Below, in pieces: positions 1-8,989 of a DNA stretch of 24,890 bases. Position numbers and translations under genes: made by a program. The stretch is from the IMG/VR virus record IMGVR_UViG_3300027419_000448, positions 1-24,890 of that record; one strand, given 5' to 3'. Numbering within the stretch: position 1 is the stretch's first letter; the number at the start of each line of letters is the position of its first letter. The stretch comes from a virus (taxonomy: Duplodnaviria; Caudoviricetes). Under the pieces are notes generated by a model that was not told the DNA's origin, made no database searches, and was given only the letters and a program-made list of their open reading frames with translations.

Positions 1-4
1 TCTT

Positions 5-532
5 ATGCCAGAAGAGCAATATATTCAAGACAATAGTCAAGCTGAACCAATAATTAATCACCCTACTTTAGTTAGTGATAAGGTTAATGTTAATAGGGTT
101 GGTCGGCCATCTGAATACTCAACAGATATACTAGATAAGGTTGTTAAATATATTGAATCTTGTGTTGACGAAGAGCGGGAGGTTATGAATGCTGATAAAC
201 TGACTACAAAGTTAGATGTAAACCTACCAACTATTGAAGGATTAGCGGTTTATTTGGGTATTTCTAGGGATACTATCTATGATTGGGAGACTAAATACTC
301 TGAGTTTTCCGACATAATTGAGATTTTACGTGCAGAACAGGCCAAAAGATTGGCAAATAAAGGTCTTTCAGGAGACTATAACCCCACTATAGCTAAACTA
401 ATGATGATGAAGCATGGCTATAGAGAGAAGCAAGATATTACTTCAGACGGACACGCTATATTACCAACCCCAATTTATGTACCAAGAGACCTCGGCCCTA
501 AGGAAAATAAGCAAATTACAGAAACGAATTAG
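5..532 (+). CDS. terS: Terminase small subunit (P22 gp3-like DNA-packaging protein)
   Basis: GRPSEY motif, HTH segment PTIEGLAVYLGISRDTIYDW, and GLSGDYNPTIAKL..HGY; directly upstream of and overlapping terL. Confidence 0.88.
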   Translation: MPEEQYIQDNSQAEPIINHPTLVSDKVNVNRVGRPSEYSTDILDKVVKYIESCVDEEREVMNADKLTTKLDVNLPTIEGLAVYLGISRDTIYDWETKYSEFSDIIEILRAEQAKRLANKGLSGDYNPTIAKLMMMKHGYREKQDITSDGHAILPTPIYVPRDLGPKENKQITETN

Positions 533-1667
533 GGCGGTTCAAGGCGGAACTGCCGCCTCTAAGACTGTTTCTATTATTATTTGGTTGATTGCTTTAGCTC
601 AAATGGATAAAAAGCCAACATTAACCAGTATTGTGTCTGAGAGTTTTCCACACCTTAAAAGAGGTTCAATAAGAGATTTCCTTAACATAATGGAGGCTAA
701 TGGTTATTTTAAGCCTGAATTGTGGAATAAGACTGATTATACTTACCAATTTGAGACAGGAAGTAAAATAGAGTTCTTTTCTGCCGATCAGCCTGGCAAG
801 GTTCGTGGCCCAAGAAGAGAGAGATTATTTCTCAATGAGGTAAACAATATCCCCTTTGAAACATTTGAACAGTTAGAGGTTAGAACTAGAGAATTTATTT
901 ATTTAGACTGGAACCCAACTAATGAATTTTGGTTTTACTCAGACGTATTAAATAAGCGAAATGACGTTGAGCATTTGATTTTAACCTATAAAGACAATGA
1001 GGCTTTAGACCAAAGTATTATTGATTCTATAGAGCAGAGAAAAGAAAGAAAGGGTTGGTGGAAAGTATATGGTGAGGGTCAATTAGGCGAAGTAGAAGGT
1101 AAAATTTATAAGGATTGGGATATTATAGACGATATTCCACATACCGCTCGGCTTGAAAGATATGGAATTGACTTTGGTTATACTAACGATCCAACTGCAA
1201 TAGCAGCCATTTATTTCTACAATGGCGGATATATAGCTGATGAGATTGCTTATCAAAAAGGAATGAGTAATAAGCAAATTTCCGAAACTCTTAATAATTA
1301 CCCTAAGGTTTTAACAGTAGCTGATAGCGCTGAACCTAAGTCTATTGACGATATTAAGTCTTACGGAATTAATATTATAGGTGCTGAAAAGGGGTCTGAT
1401 TCAGTTAGAAATGGTATTCAGATAGTTCAAGACCAAAGAATGTCTTTAACTAAGAGAAGTGTTAATCTTATTAAAGATTATCGTAACTATCTATGGGAAA
1501 CCGACAAAGACGGAAAGATACTTAATGAGCCTGAACACGAATACTCACACGGAATGGACGCTATAAGATATGCCATTGCCTCAATCATTAAGAAGCCTGA
1601 CATTAAAATTCCTATGCCGTCAGCGCCAATTAAACCTTATTATGGGGACAAAGATATAGCTTTTTAA
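477..1667 (+). CDS. terL: Terminase large subunit, PBSX-like family
   Basis: Walker A-like QGGTAASKT, Walker B-like LFLNE, coupling motif DWNP, nuclease domain GIDFGYTNDP...ADSAEP...HGMDAIRY. ATG 477 (MYQETSA) preferred over the track start at 414 because it overlaps terS less. Confidence 0.95.
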   Translation: MYQETSALRKISKLQKRIRAVQGGTAASKTVSIIIWLIALAQMDKKPTLTSIVSESFPHLKRGSIRDFLNIMEANGYFKPELWNKTDYTYQFETGSKIEFFSADQPGKVRGPRRERLFLNEVNNIPFETFEQLEVRTREFIYLDWNPTNEFWFYSDVLNKRNDVEHLILTYKDNEALDQSIIDSIEQRKERKGWWKVYGEGQLGEVEGKIYKDWDIIDDIPHTARLERYGIDFGYTNDPTAIAAIYFYNGGYIADEIAYQKGMSNKQISETLNNYPKVLTVADSAEPKSIDDIKSYGINIIGAEKGSDSVRNGIQIVQDQRMSLTKRSVNLIKDYRNYLWETDKDGKILNEPEHEYSHGMDAIRYAIASIIKKPDIKIPMPSAPIKPYYGDKDIAF

Positions 1668-1669
1668 TT

Positions 1670-1834
1670 ATGATTAAACTTAATGCTACATTTTGGAAGA
1701 TAAGAATATCAATGTTTATTTGGGGATTTGCCACTCTTTACTACTTTACTGGCCAAATAGATATAACAAGCAAAGCCTTTTTAGTTCAGGTGATAGGTAA
1801 TTCATTTATTATTTGGGTATTTACTAAAGAATAG
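1670..1834 (+). CDS. Small membrane protein (54 aa), not in the ORF track
   Basis: MIKLNATFWKIRISMFIWGFATLYYFTGQIDITSKAFLVQVIGNSFIIWVFTKE; fills the gap between terL and ORF 1836; two hydrophobic segments. Confidence 0.7.
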   Translation: MIKLNATFWKIRISMFIWGFATLYYFTGQIDITSKAFLVQVIGNSFIIWVFTKE

Positions 1835-1835
1835 T

Positions 1836-2183
1836 ATGTCTAAAAAACTAAAATTTTATGAAATAAAGAACGAATTATTTAATACATCATTATCTTTATT
1901 TGTTGGTGACTGGAAAGAATATAATAAAAAAATGATTAAGTTGGGGTACAAAGATGAGGGGTGTCGGGTGACCGAAGGAAACGCTGGTAAAACTTGGACA
2001 GATGATAGAGTTATTGTGATATATCTTAAGTCATTAAAAAACATTCCAGTTATTGCCCACGAACTTATTCATTATTCTACATTTATGAAAACAATTAAGG
2101 GTATACCAATCAACAAAGACAATGATGAGGTTCTTGCCTATACTGTTCAGTATATGCTTAAACAAATTTTAAAACTTAAATAA
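1836..2183 (+). CDS. Small HExxH protein, possible minimal zinc metallopeptidase
   Basis: IAHELIH motif followed by DEVLAY (possible third ligand E). Confidence 0.6.
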   Translation: MSKKLKFYEIKNELFNTSLSLFVGDWKEYNKKMIKLGYKDEGCRVTEGNAGKTWTDDRVIVIYLKSLKNIPVIAHELIHYSTFMKTIKGIPINKDNDEVLAYTVQYMLKQILKLK

Positions 2184-2184
2184 T

Positions 2185-2397
2185 ATGTCTTACGGAAAGA
2201 TAGAACTTAAAATAGACAACGCCACTATTGAGCAAACAAAGAAGTATCAGGAAATAATTAGCATATTAATTAGTTCAGGCGCTTTAAATTTAAAGAATGG
2301 TAAGGCCATACTTAACTTTGACAGTACAGGTGAGTTTCAAGGGGTGTACTTAGAGTATTGGGCATTTAAGCGAAGAAAACTTGACAAGCCTATTTAG
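2185..2397 (+). CDS. Small hypothetical protein upstream of portal (loosely DUF2292/YezD-like)
   Basis: 70 aa helix plus beta pattern (NGKAILNFDSTG...) with basic C-terminus; TAATATG junction. Family resemblance is by eye only. Confidence 0.55.
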   Translation: MSYGKIELKIDNATIEQTKKYQEIISILISSGALNLKNGKAILNFDSTGEFQGVYLEYWAFKRRKLDKPI

Positions 2398-2408
2398 AAC
2401 TATAATAT
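2381..2408 (+). promoter_or_regulatory. Putative sigma70 promoter upstream of portal
   Basis: TTGACA 2381-2386; TAATAT 2403-2408 (16-nt spacer) or TATAAT 2401-2406 (14 nt, suboptimal). Confidence 0.45.
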
Positions 2409-2436
2409 TGGTGGTGTAATACCTAATCTGTACATC

Positions 2437-2462
2437 AGACGGCAGTAACTCTGCCGTTTTTT
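2437..2462 (+). terminator. Intrinsic terminator-like hairpin in the portal leader
   Basis: AGACGGCAG-TAACT-CTGCCGTTT followed by further T residues. Confidence 0.65.
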
Positions 2463-2469
2463 AATTTAT

Positions 2470-4182
2470 ATGCCGTACAACTATATTAACAATACATTTG
2501 ATTTAACTCCTGAAATGGTTAGACTTCAAGCTGAAAAGAAGGCTGGAGTAGAAATTCAGGAGCGTAAACACGAGGATTGGGATAGTAATGATGAGCTTTA
2601 CCGCAACAAAGTAAAGACTAATCGCCTTACCCAAAGACAGGCTGTTAATATTCCTTTGATGAAGGAAACGATTAAGACACAGTTGTCTAAGATAGATGAT
2701 CCGCCAACAGTTGATTGGAAAGAATTATCAGGAGATAAAGCCAAAGAGATTATCTATCAAGAGATTTGGAACGATTTTAACAAACGAAACAAGCTAGAAC
2801 TTATTGATGTTATTGATAAAAAGAATGTATTACTTTATGGGTTAAGCACTAAAATGCTTAATATTACCGATAATGGTATTGAGGTAAGTGTTTTAGACCC
2901 ATACGACTTTTTAATAGACCCTTTAGCAAACCCTTGGAGTTTAGAATCTGCAAGGTTTTTAGTTAGATTAAACATATTTAAGTGTGTTAGAGACATCTTG
3001 GCTGACGAAAGATACTCAGAAGAGGGCAAGAAAGAGCTTAGAATATGGGTAGATTCTACCCCTGGCTTAGTTCAAAGCAGTAATAATAAAGAGCTTTGGG
3101 AAAAGAAAATGGAGAGAATGAAGTCAATGGGCTTAGAAAGTAACGACTTTCAATACTTTGCTGGCGGTGATAGATTAGTTAATTTAACTGAGCATTTTAC
3201 TAACATTTGGGACAATAAGACACAGGCCTTTGTTAAGTATGTAATTACTTATGCGGACGACAAGATAGAGCTTTGTAGACAAACCCTAAAAGAGGCTTTA
3301 GGTGTTGATTTTTGGCCGTTCACTTCTTGGTGTGAAGACCCTGAGACAGTAGATGTTTACCCTGATTCAGTAGCTGATTTGGTCAGAATTCCTAATAAGG
3401 TGCTTAATATTTGGTTTAGCCAGCTTATCGAGAACCGAACCTTAAAGAATTTTCAAATGCATTGGTTCTTACCTGGTCAGAACTATACACCTCAAACTTA
3501 CACTCCTGGGCCTGGTATGATGTTGCCAGCGCCTCCAGGGGACGATATTAACAAGGTGATTAAACCTGTGGAAATTTCAGGCCTAGACGATACATTAACC
3601 GCTATTAATCAAGTAATTCAGATAGTAGAAAGAGGGTCAGGCGCGGTGGCTATTGATAAGGGTGTGGCTGAAAAAGGCACTCAGACCTTAGGTGAAGTAG
3701 AGATATTAGTGGGTAAAGCTGCCGAACGTACAACTGCTATGGCTAAGTTTTACCGCTTATCTTGGTATGAATTTGCTAAGAAATGGGACGCTTTAATGCA
3801 AGCCAATGCTCCTAAGTTAATTAAACTTCATAAGTTATCTAGGAATGGTAAGTTATATCCTAAGTCTGTTTGGCCAGCTGATTGGAAGTCAACTGCTGGA
3901 TTTGAGCCAACTATTCGTTCTACTTCAGAACAAGAGGCTGAGGGAGTTAAGGGTATTCAGAAATGGTTATTTATTCTTAAACAGTTTCCTAACAACCAAG
4001 CCTTACAAAAGATTGGACAAAAAAGAATGCTTGATATTGTTGATTTAACTCCACAGGAAATGAAAGAAGTAGAAGAGGCTAATAACACCCCAGCTCCAGC
4101 TATGGCTACTAACCCTGCTGAGGCTACACCTAACGCTTCAATGCCAATGCTTCCTGAAATTAATCAATTAAAATCTGCATAA
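2470..4182 (+). CDS. Portal protein (P22-like)
   Basis: 570 aa after terL; VLLYGLS..., LDPYDFLIDP, WPF, and T.GE..IL patterns typical of podovirus portals. Confidence 0.85.
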   Translation: MPYNYINNTFDLTPEMVRLQAEKKAGVEIQERKHEDWDSNDELYRNKVKTNRLTQRQAVNIPLMKETIKTQLSKIDDPPTVDWKELSGDKAKEIIYQEIWNDFNKRNKLELIDVIDKKNVLLYGLSTKMLNITDNGIEVSVLDPYDFLIDPLANPWSLESARFLVRLNIFKCVRDILADERYSEEGKKELRIWVDSTPGLVQSSNNKELWEKKMERMKSMGLESNDFQYFAGGDRLVNLTEHFTNIWDNKTQAFVKYVITYADDKIELCRQTLKEALGVDFWPFTSWCEDPETVDVYPDSVADLVRIPNKVLNIWFSQLIENRTLKNFQMHWFLPGQNYTPQTYTPGPGMMLPAPPGDDINKVIKPVEISGLDDTLTAINQVIQIVERGSGAVAIDKGVAEKGTQTLGEVEILVGKAAERTTAMAKFYRLSWYEFAKKWDALMQANAPKLIKLHKLSRNGKLYPKSVWPADWKSTAGFEPTIRSTSEQEAEGVKGIQKWLFILKQFPNNQALQKIGQKRMLDIVDLTPQEMKEVEEANNTPAPAMATNPAEATPNASMPMLPEINQLKSA

Positions 4183-4199
4183 ATATTAACGAATAACTT

Positions 4200-4517
4200 A
4201 TGACTGAACTTCAACAAATTGCTGAATTAAGTCCTTTGGGACTAGCCGCTATCGCTATAGCATTTGCCTTCTATGTACTAAAATTTCGTAAAAGCGATTC
4301 AGATACTAAAGTTGTCGAAATGACTGTGCCTAGTAAGGAAGATTCAGAAATTAACATACTAACTACTGAAATTCAAAGACTATCTTCCTACTACAATCAC
4401 GATTTGACTGCCCGTATGGATAAATTCGAAAATAAATTAGATAGCGTTAGTCAAGAAATGAGTAAAATTAAAGAGAGATTAGTGGCAGTAGAAACAAGTT
4501 TAAAAGTTAATCACTAA
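4200..4517 (+). CDS. N-terminal TM plus coiled-coil protein (holin/XhlA-like architecture)
   Basis: LGLAAIAIAFAFYVL helix and C-terminal heptads ending KERLVAVET. Confidence 0.55.
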   Translation: MTELQQIAELSPLGLAAIAIAFAFYVLKFRKSDSDTKVVEMTVPSKEDSEINILTTEIQRLSSYYNHDLTARMDKFENKLDSVSQEMSKIKERLVAVETSLKVNH

Positions 4518-4521
4518 TTAT

Positions 4522-4845
4522 ATGCACGGCTTACTTACAAAATTACTATTTAAAAGGAACATTAAAGACGTTACTAAACTAAGTCAGGAAGAGAGTGTAC
4601 AGTTTGAGAATTGGAATAAGATTTTATCAAAAGACGAATTAACAATCGCTGACATAAAAGAGTTCTGTCAGTATCAAATATCAATAATTGAAAATAAATG
4701 GGCGGATTATAACATAGACCAAAATAAAAAGAATGAATTATTACCTTATTTTACAGTTTATAAATGCATTCTCTCGGCGATAAATAGTCCTAAAGCTGCT
4801 AGAGAAAGTTTGGAAATGCAACTTAATCAATTAATTAATCAATAA
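4522..4845 (+). CDS. Hypothetical protein in head module
   Basis: 107-aa helical ORF tightly packed between neighbours. Confidence 0.7.
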   Translation: MHGLLTKLLFKRNIKDVTKLSQEESVQFENWNKILSKDELTIADIKEFCQYQISIIENKWADYNIDQNKKNELLPYFTVYKCILSAINSPKAARESLEMQLNQLINQ

Positions 4846-4846
4846 T

Positions 4847-5818
4847 ATGTCTAAAGAAATATGGCTATATGCTCTAAAGACGGCGGGTGGAAGCTCAGCA
4901 TTTTTACCCGTAGAGCTAGACGGAGATAATAAATTAAAGGTCAATGACACAGAAGTAAATTTTACAGTAAGCGATCCTATACCTGTTTACCAAGTATCAG
5001 GCTATGTTGATAGTGTATATATAACAGGCGCTGGTGGAACATTATCTGCAAATGTAGTAGATAGTACAGGGGTTATTTATAACGGAGCTAATCCTTTCCC
5101 TATAACTGGAACTGTAGTAGTGTCATCAATTACCGCTTCGGTTGCTGCGGTTTTAGTAGACCCAACTGGAGTATCTTATAGTGGAGCAAACCCTGTTCCT
5201 ATGACAGGTACTGTAGTTGTATCTAGCGTTACAGCTTCCGTAGCGGCTGTTATTGTTGACCCAACAGGGGCAAGTTACAATGGAGATAACCCATTAAGTA
5301 CCAAGATTGTTTCAGGTATTATAACTTCCTCAGTAGTAACAGGCCCAGTAGTTAAAGACGCAGCTGATGACGGCTCAGCTCCTGTTCAAATTGGTGGCCT
5401 TTCAAGAAGTGCTGTTCAGCAAAAGGTGGCTGATAATGATGTAAATAAATTAGCTTTAGACTTGGCTGGCCGTGCTATTACTCGTCCAGTACAATGCCGT
5501 GAGTTAATTGCTACAGCTTATGCCACACTTACTAACGGCACAGAGGCTTCATTACTTGCTGGTGTTTCAGGTGTTTATCAAGACTTGATTTACATTATGG
5601 GTGCTAATAACTCAGATGTAGCCGCCACAGTTGATGTTAGAAGTAATACCTTAGCCTCAGTTGTTCTTACTCTTCGTATTCCAGCTAATGGAACTGCGGG
5701 TGTAGCTTTACCTGTGCCTATTCCACAAGCTCAACCACAAGACACTTGGACAGTTGATATGGAAGATATTACAGGTACTACAGTTTATATTTCAGCCTTA
5801 TTCGCTAAAGAAGCCTAA
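4847..5818 (+). CDS. Putative virion structural protein with 33-aa repeats (fibre/decoration)
   Basis: V/T/A/G/S-rich beta composition with internal tandem repeats. Confidence 0.6.
   Translation: MSKEIWLYALKTAGGSSAFLPVELDGDNKLKVNDTEVNFTVSDPIPVYQVSGYVDSVYITGAGGTLSANVVDSTGVIYNGANPFPITGTVVVSSITASVAAVLVDPTGVSYSGANPVPMTGTVVVSSVTASVAAVIVDPTGASYNGDNPLSTKIVSGIITSSVVTGPVVKDAADDGSAPVQIGGLSRSAVQQKVADNDVNKLALDLAGRAITRPVQCRELIATAYATLTNGTEASLLAGVSGVYQDLIYIMGANNSDVAATVDVRSNTLASVVLTLRIPANGTAGVALPVPIPQAQPQDTWTVDMEDITGTTVYISALFAKEA
5057..5293 (+). repeat. About 2.4 copies of a 99-nt (33-aa) coding repeat
   Basis: Units start at 5057, 5156 and 5255: VD(S/P)TG..Y.G.NP.P.TGTVVVSS.TASVAAV. Confidence 0.9.
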
Positions 5819-5823
5819 ATTAT

Positions 5824-6486
5824 ATGGCAATAGCAGTTGATTCAACATCATTAAATAATCAAGGCACAACAGGTGCTTCTCTTACTTGGTCGCATACTTG
5901 CACAGGTACCAACTTAATGCTTGTTGTAACAGTTTCTCTATCTGCTAGTGCGGCTAATTGTAGAGCTACTGGTGTTACATATAATGGAGTAGCAATGACT
6001 AAAGGTGTGGAATCTTCAGGTGCTACAACTGACGCTAAGCAATCAGTTTGGTACTTATCTAATCCTGATACAGGAGCGCATGATGTCGTAGTTTCCTTAG
6101 CAAATAATAACCTTGTTACAGCTTCTAGTATTTCTTTTACTGGTACTGACGGGGTAGGTGGTAGTAATTCAAATGGCGGAGGTTCTACTGCTTTTTCTAC
6201 AGTAGCAGTTACTACTACTGGAACAAACGGAATTATTGTAGATGCACATGGTGATAGTTCATCAACAACTCCTCCAAGCTCTGATTCAAGCACATTGCAT
6301 TCAGTAACAAGGTCAAACAATGGACACGCTTCAGGATATAAAACCTTTGTAAGTGGTAATCAAACACGAACATGGTCAATTTCCCCTAATGGTTATTGGG
6401 AAATAGCGGCGTTAGAAATTAAAGCTGCAGCTTCCGCAGTAGTAAAAAAAGTTAGTCATAATTTAACTTTATTAGGAGCTGGATAA
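5824..6486 (+). CDS. Ser/Thr/Gly-rich beta-sandwich protein, probable virion surface protein
   Basis: LTWSHTCTG, VTYNGVAMT, WYLSNPDTG patterns; low charge. Confidence 0.6.
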   Translation: MAIAVDSTSLNNQGTTGASLTWSHTCTGTNLMLVVTVSLSASAANCRATGVTYNGVAMTKGVESSGATTDAKQSVWYLSNPDTGAHDVVVSLANNNLVTASSISFTGTDGVGGSNSNGGGSTAFSTVAVTTTGTNGIIVDAHGDSSSTTPPSSDSSTLHSVTRSNNGHASGYKTFVSGNQTRTWSISPNGYWEIAALEIKAAASAVVKKVSHNLTLLGAG

Positions 6487-6490
6487 TTGT

Positions 6491-6679
6491 ATGCCAAAGA
6501 AATTAGAAAAAAGTTTAAAGTCACAAACTAAAAAGAAAGGTCTAACTGGTAAGAAAGCAGACACTTATGTCTACGGAACTATGAGAAAGACTGGTTGGAC
6601 ACCCTCAACTCAAAAAAAAACCAAAGGTCGTAAAATGTATATTGGAATTAAGAAAGGAAAAAAGTATGCCGAAAGTTAA
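6491..6679 (+). CDS. Small highly basic protein
   Basis: Lys-rich with YVYGTMRKTGW core; possible nucleic-acid binding. Confidence 0.65.
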   Translation: MPKKLEKSLKSQTKKKGLTGKKADTYVYGTMRKTGWTPSTQKKTKGRKMYIGIKKGKKYAES

Positions 6680-6839
6680 AAAAGCGGTTAAAGTATCTGA
6701 AATACCTAAGTTACCTGAAGCTATGGTAGTAAAAGAAAAAACCCAAAAGGAAATTTATTTAGAACTTTACCAAACCTTAAAAGACTTAAATATTCGTAGC
6801 ATTTCAGATCTCGAAAATCTGATTGCTAGAAGTGAATAG
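6666..6839 (+). CDS. Hypothetical protein
   Basis: ATG 6666 (MPKVKK) preferred to the non-ATG track start at 6642. Confidence 0.6.
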   Translation: MPKVKKAVKVSEIPKLPEAMVVKEKTQKEIYLELYQTLKDLNIRSISDLENLIARSE

Positions 6840-6884
6840 CTTATTATTATTGTGCTGGACATCACGTTAAAAGGTACCAAGTAT

Positions 6885-7508
6885 ATGGACGAAAATCCAA
6901 ATGTCGTTAATAAGGAATTGACAACTCCTAACGAAGTGTTACCTCCTGTAGCTCCAGTAGAAGTTACGCCGAGTGTAACGCCTCCAGGCTCTAAGACCCC
7001 TCCTGATCTCTTGTTGAAATCATTACAAGAGGAAAGAGATAAGGTTAAGAAACTAGAGGACGAACTTAACAATCTAAAATCTACTAGCTTCTCTAACAAT
7101 CCTAGTGATTTATCTGATGAAGCAAGAATCTTAAACGACAGGATTAATGCTTTGAATAGCAATATTCAATCATTGGTTGGCCAAGTTGAAACCTTGACTA
7201 GCGAATCTAGTCGTAAAGATGTTTTACTAACCTATCCTGTTTTAAAGGATAAGTGGGCGGAGTTTGAAAACTATCGCTCCCTACCTGAGAATAAGGGTAT
7301 GAATATTAAGACGGCCGCTAAAGCCTTCTTAACTGATAATGGAATTTTGGAACAACCCCGAAAAGGGCTTGAACCAAACACAGGTGGCCCTCGTGTTACC
7401 CCATCAACAGGTATGACATCTGACCAAGTAGCTGATTTACGGAAGAATAACTTTAAAGAGTATCAGAAGAAATTGGCTGCTGGCGAGATTACTATCACAG
7501 ATAAATAA
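6885..7508 (+). CDS. Capsid scaffolding protein
   Basis: Pro-rich N-terminus, coiled coil, short C-terminal helical motif, immediately before the capsid gene; ATG 6885 preferred over GTG 6852. Confidence 0.75.
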   Translation: MDENPNVVNKELTTPNEVLPPVAPVEVTPSVTPPGSKTPPDLLLKSLQEERDKVKKLEDELNNLKSTSFSNNPSDLSDEARILNDRINALNSNIQSLVGQVETLTSESSRKDVLLTYPVLKDKWAEFENYRSLPENKGMNIKTAAKAFLTDNGILEQPRKGLEPNTGGPRVTPSTGMTSDQVADLRKNNFKEYQKKLAAGEITITDK

Positions 7509-7552
7509 TTAGGGAAAGGTTGTAGAGATTCTATAATGAAAGAATCAATTTT

Positions 7553-8914
7553 ATGGCAACTTTAAGTAATTTTGGCGAACAATTTGCCGCTAAGGTACTA
7601 GGAAAATCCTATCAAAATGCTGTTTATCCAGCTATTGTTAATCGTGAGTACGAAGGTGAAATCAAAAAGCCTGGTGACCGAGTTAATATTCTTTCCTTTT
7701 TAAATAGCATTTTGCTATCCGATTACTCCGTTGGCTCTGATATGTCTTCCGAGACTATCATTGACAATGAAGACCAATTAATCGTTGAAAAGAGGAAGTA
7801 TTACAACTTCTCACTTGACAAACTTGAAGACCTCTTCACTTATGGTGGGGATATTCCTGAAAGTCTTATTACTGACGCTTCTAAGGTTTTAGACCGCTAC
7901 ACTGACACTTATGTGTTAGACAAGTGGGGTTCTGAAACTAAAGCTGGTAACTGGATTGGTATTGACTTGCTCGTAAAGTCAGGTACTGAATTAGGTGGTA
8001 CTGCTGGTACTGCCGCTTCAATCGTGACTTCTGCTACTGGTGGTACTATTACCATTCAGACTTACGATTCTGGTTCTTATGAATCAGGTATCGGTACTGT
8101 TACTAACCATAGGGACGGACAAATTTATTTCGCTGGTTTCCAAAATGCTGATTTGTACAAGGGTATTCGCTTGCGTTCAACCGCAGCGTTCGTAACTCCT
8201 TGGTATCGCATTTCTGCAATTACCTCATCTACAGTTTGTACTGTTACTGAGTGGGACGAAGCAGTCTCTGGTTCAGACTTTGAAGAAAGAATGACCCTTC
8301 GTGGCCTTTATGGTGGCGATGGTCGCTCCTTCCCTAAGTATGGTGGCGGAGCTGATATTGCTGATTTCACAACCTACGACTATTGTGGTTGGGAAATTCA
8401 AGCAGCTATTCCTACCGCAGTTACAGCTTCAACTATTTACGATCAGATAACCTTATTGGCTGAGGCGCTTGACGAAAACGAAGTACCGCCTGAAGACAGA
8501 AAATTCACAGTACCTCCACAAGTCGTCACTCAACTTCGCCAGTCTGCTGAATTGCAACCTACTGGTATTGCCGAGATTTATTCAGGAACTGTCATCAATG
8601 GTAAAGCCATGCGTGTCGGTGCCTTTGATATTTTCTCTGCTGCTGGTTCAAGGGTTTCAACCCGTGCTGGACACTCTCCAGCTTCTGCTTCTACCCGTAT
8701 CGGGCCTGAAGTGGTATTGACTGCTGCTACAACTGGTTACATTTTGGCCGCTAATCACAAGAGTTTCGTTACTTTTGCTGATAAATGGTCAGAATCCCGT
8801 GTTGTGGAAGCTGAAAATCAGTTTGCCAAGAAGTATCAAGGTTTGTACTTATTCGGTGCGAAAGTACCGCATTATGCTCGCAAATATGGTGCTGTCTTGT
8901 TCGGTTCACTTTAG
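7553..8914 (+). CDS. Major capsid protein (HK97 fold, P22-coat-like) with large insertion
   Basis: VNREYEGEIKKPGDRVNI, LDENEVPPEDR, and YQGLYLFGAKV motifs; follows scaffold. Confidence 0.9.
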   Translation: MATLSNFGEQFAAKVLGKSYQNAVYPAIVNREYEGEIKKPGDRVNILSFLNSILLSDYSVGSDMSSETIIDNEDQLIVEKRKYYNFSLDKLEDLFTYGGDIPESLITDASKVLDRYTDTYVLDKWGSETKAGNWIGIDLLVKSGTELGGTAGTAASIVTSATGGTITIQTYDSGSYESGIGTVTNHRDGQIYFAGFQNADLYKGIRLRSTAAFVTPWYRISAITSSTVCTVTEWDEAVSGSDFEERMTLRGLYGGDGRSFPKYGGGADIADFTTYDYCGWEIQAAIPTAVTASTIYDQITLLAEALDENEVPPEDRKFTVPPQVVTQLRQSAELQPTGIAEIYSGTVINGKAMRVGAFDIFSAAGSRVSTRAGHSPASASTRIGPEVVLTAATTGYILAANHKSFVTFADKWSESRVVEAENQFAKKYQGLYLFGAKVPHYARKYGAVLFGSL

Positions 8915-8922
8915 TTTTTAAT

Positions 8923-8989
8923 TAACTCGTTTGGTTTAGGCTGATGACCTGGCGGAAGTCAGCCTATCCATACGCCAGGAAATGAGTTA
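8923..8989 (+). promoter_or_regulatory. Predicted RNA pseudoknot between capsid and next gene
   Basis: TAGGCTGA 8937-44/TCAGCCTA 8959-66; CCTGGCG 8948-54/CGCCAGG 8973-79; outer TAACTCGT 8923-30/ATGAGTTA 8982-89. Confidence 0.65.

Noticed and set aside
6852-6885. Structured leader before the scaffold gene
   Set aside because: Only weak, G-U-rich pairing is visible; not supportable without an alignment.
7527-7546. Promoter or hairpin before the capsid gene (GATTCT..AGAATC around TATAAT)
   Set aside because: No properly spaced -35 element and only a 6-bp AT-rich stem.
8912-8944. Capsid stop read-through or frameshift extension stimulated by the pseudoknot
   Set aside because: Read-through of TAG meets TGA at 8942 after nine codons, and the only slippery T-run lies after the stop.
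8923-8989. Canonical type III hammerhead ribozyme
   Set aside because: CTGATGA, GAAA and stem III are present, but stem I cannot form, stem II has an extra base, and the core is sequestered in a perfect 8-bp helix.
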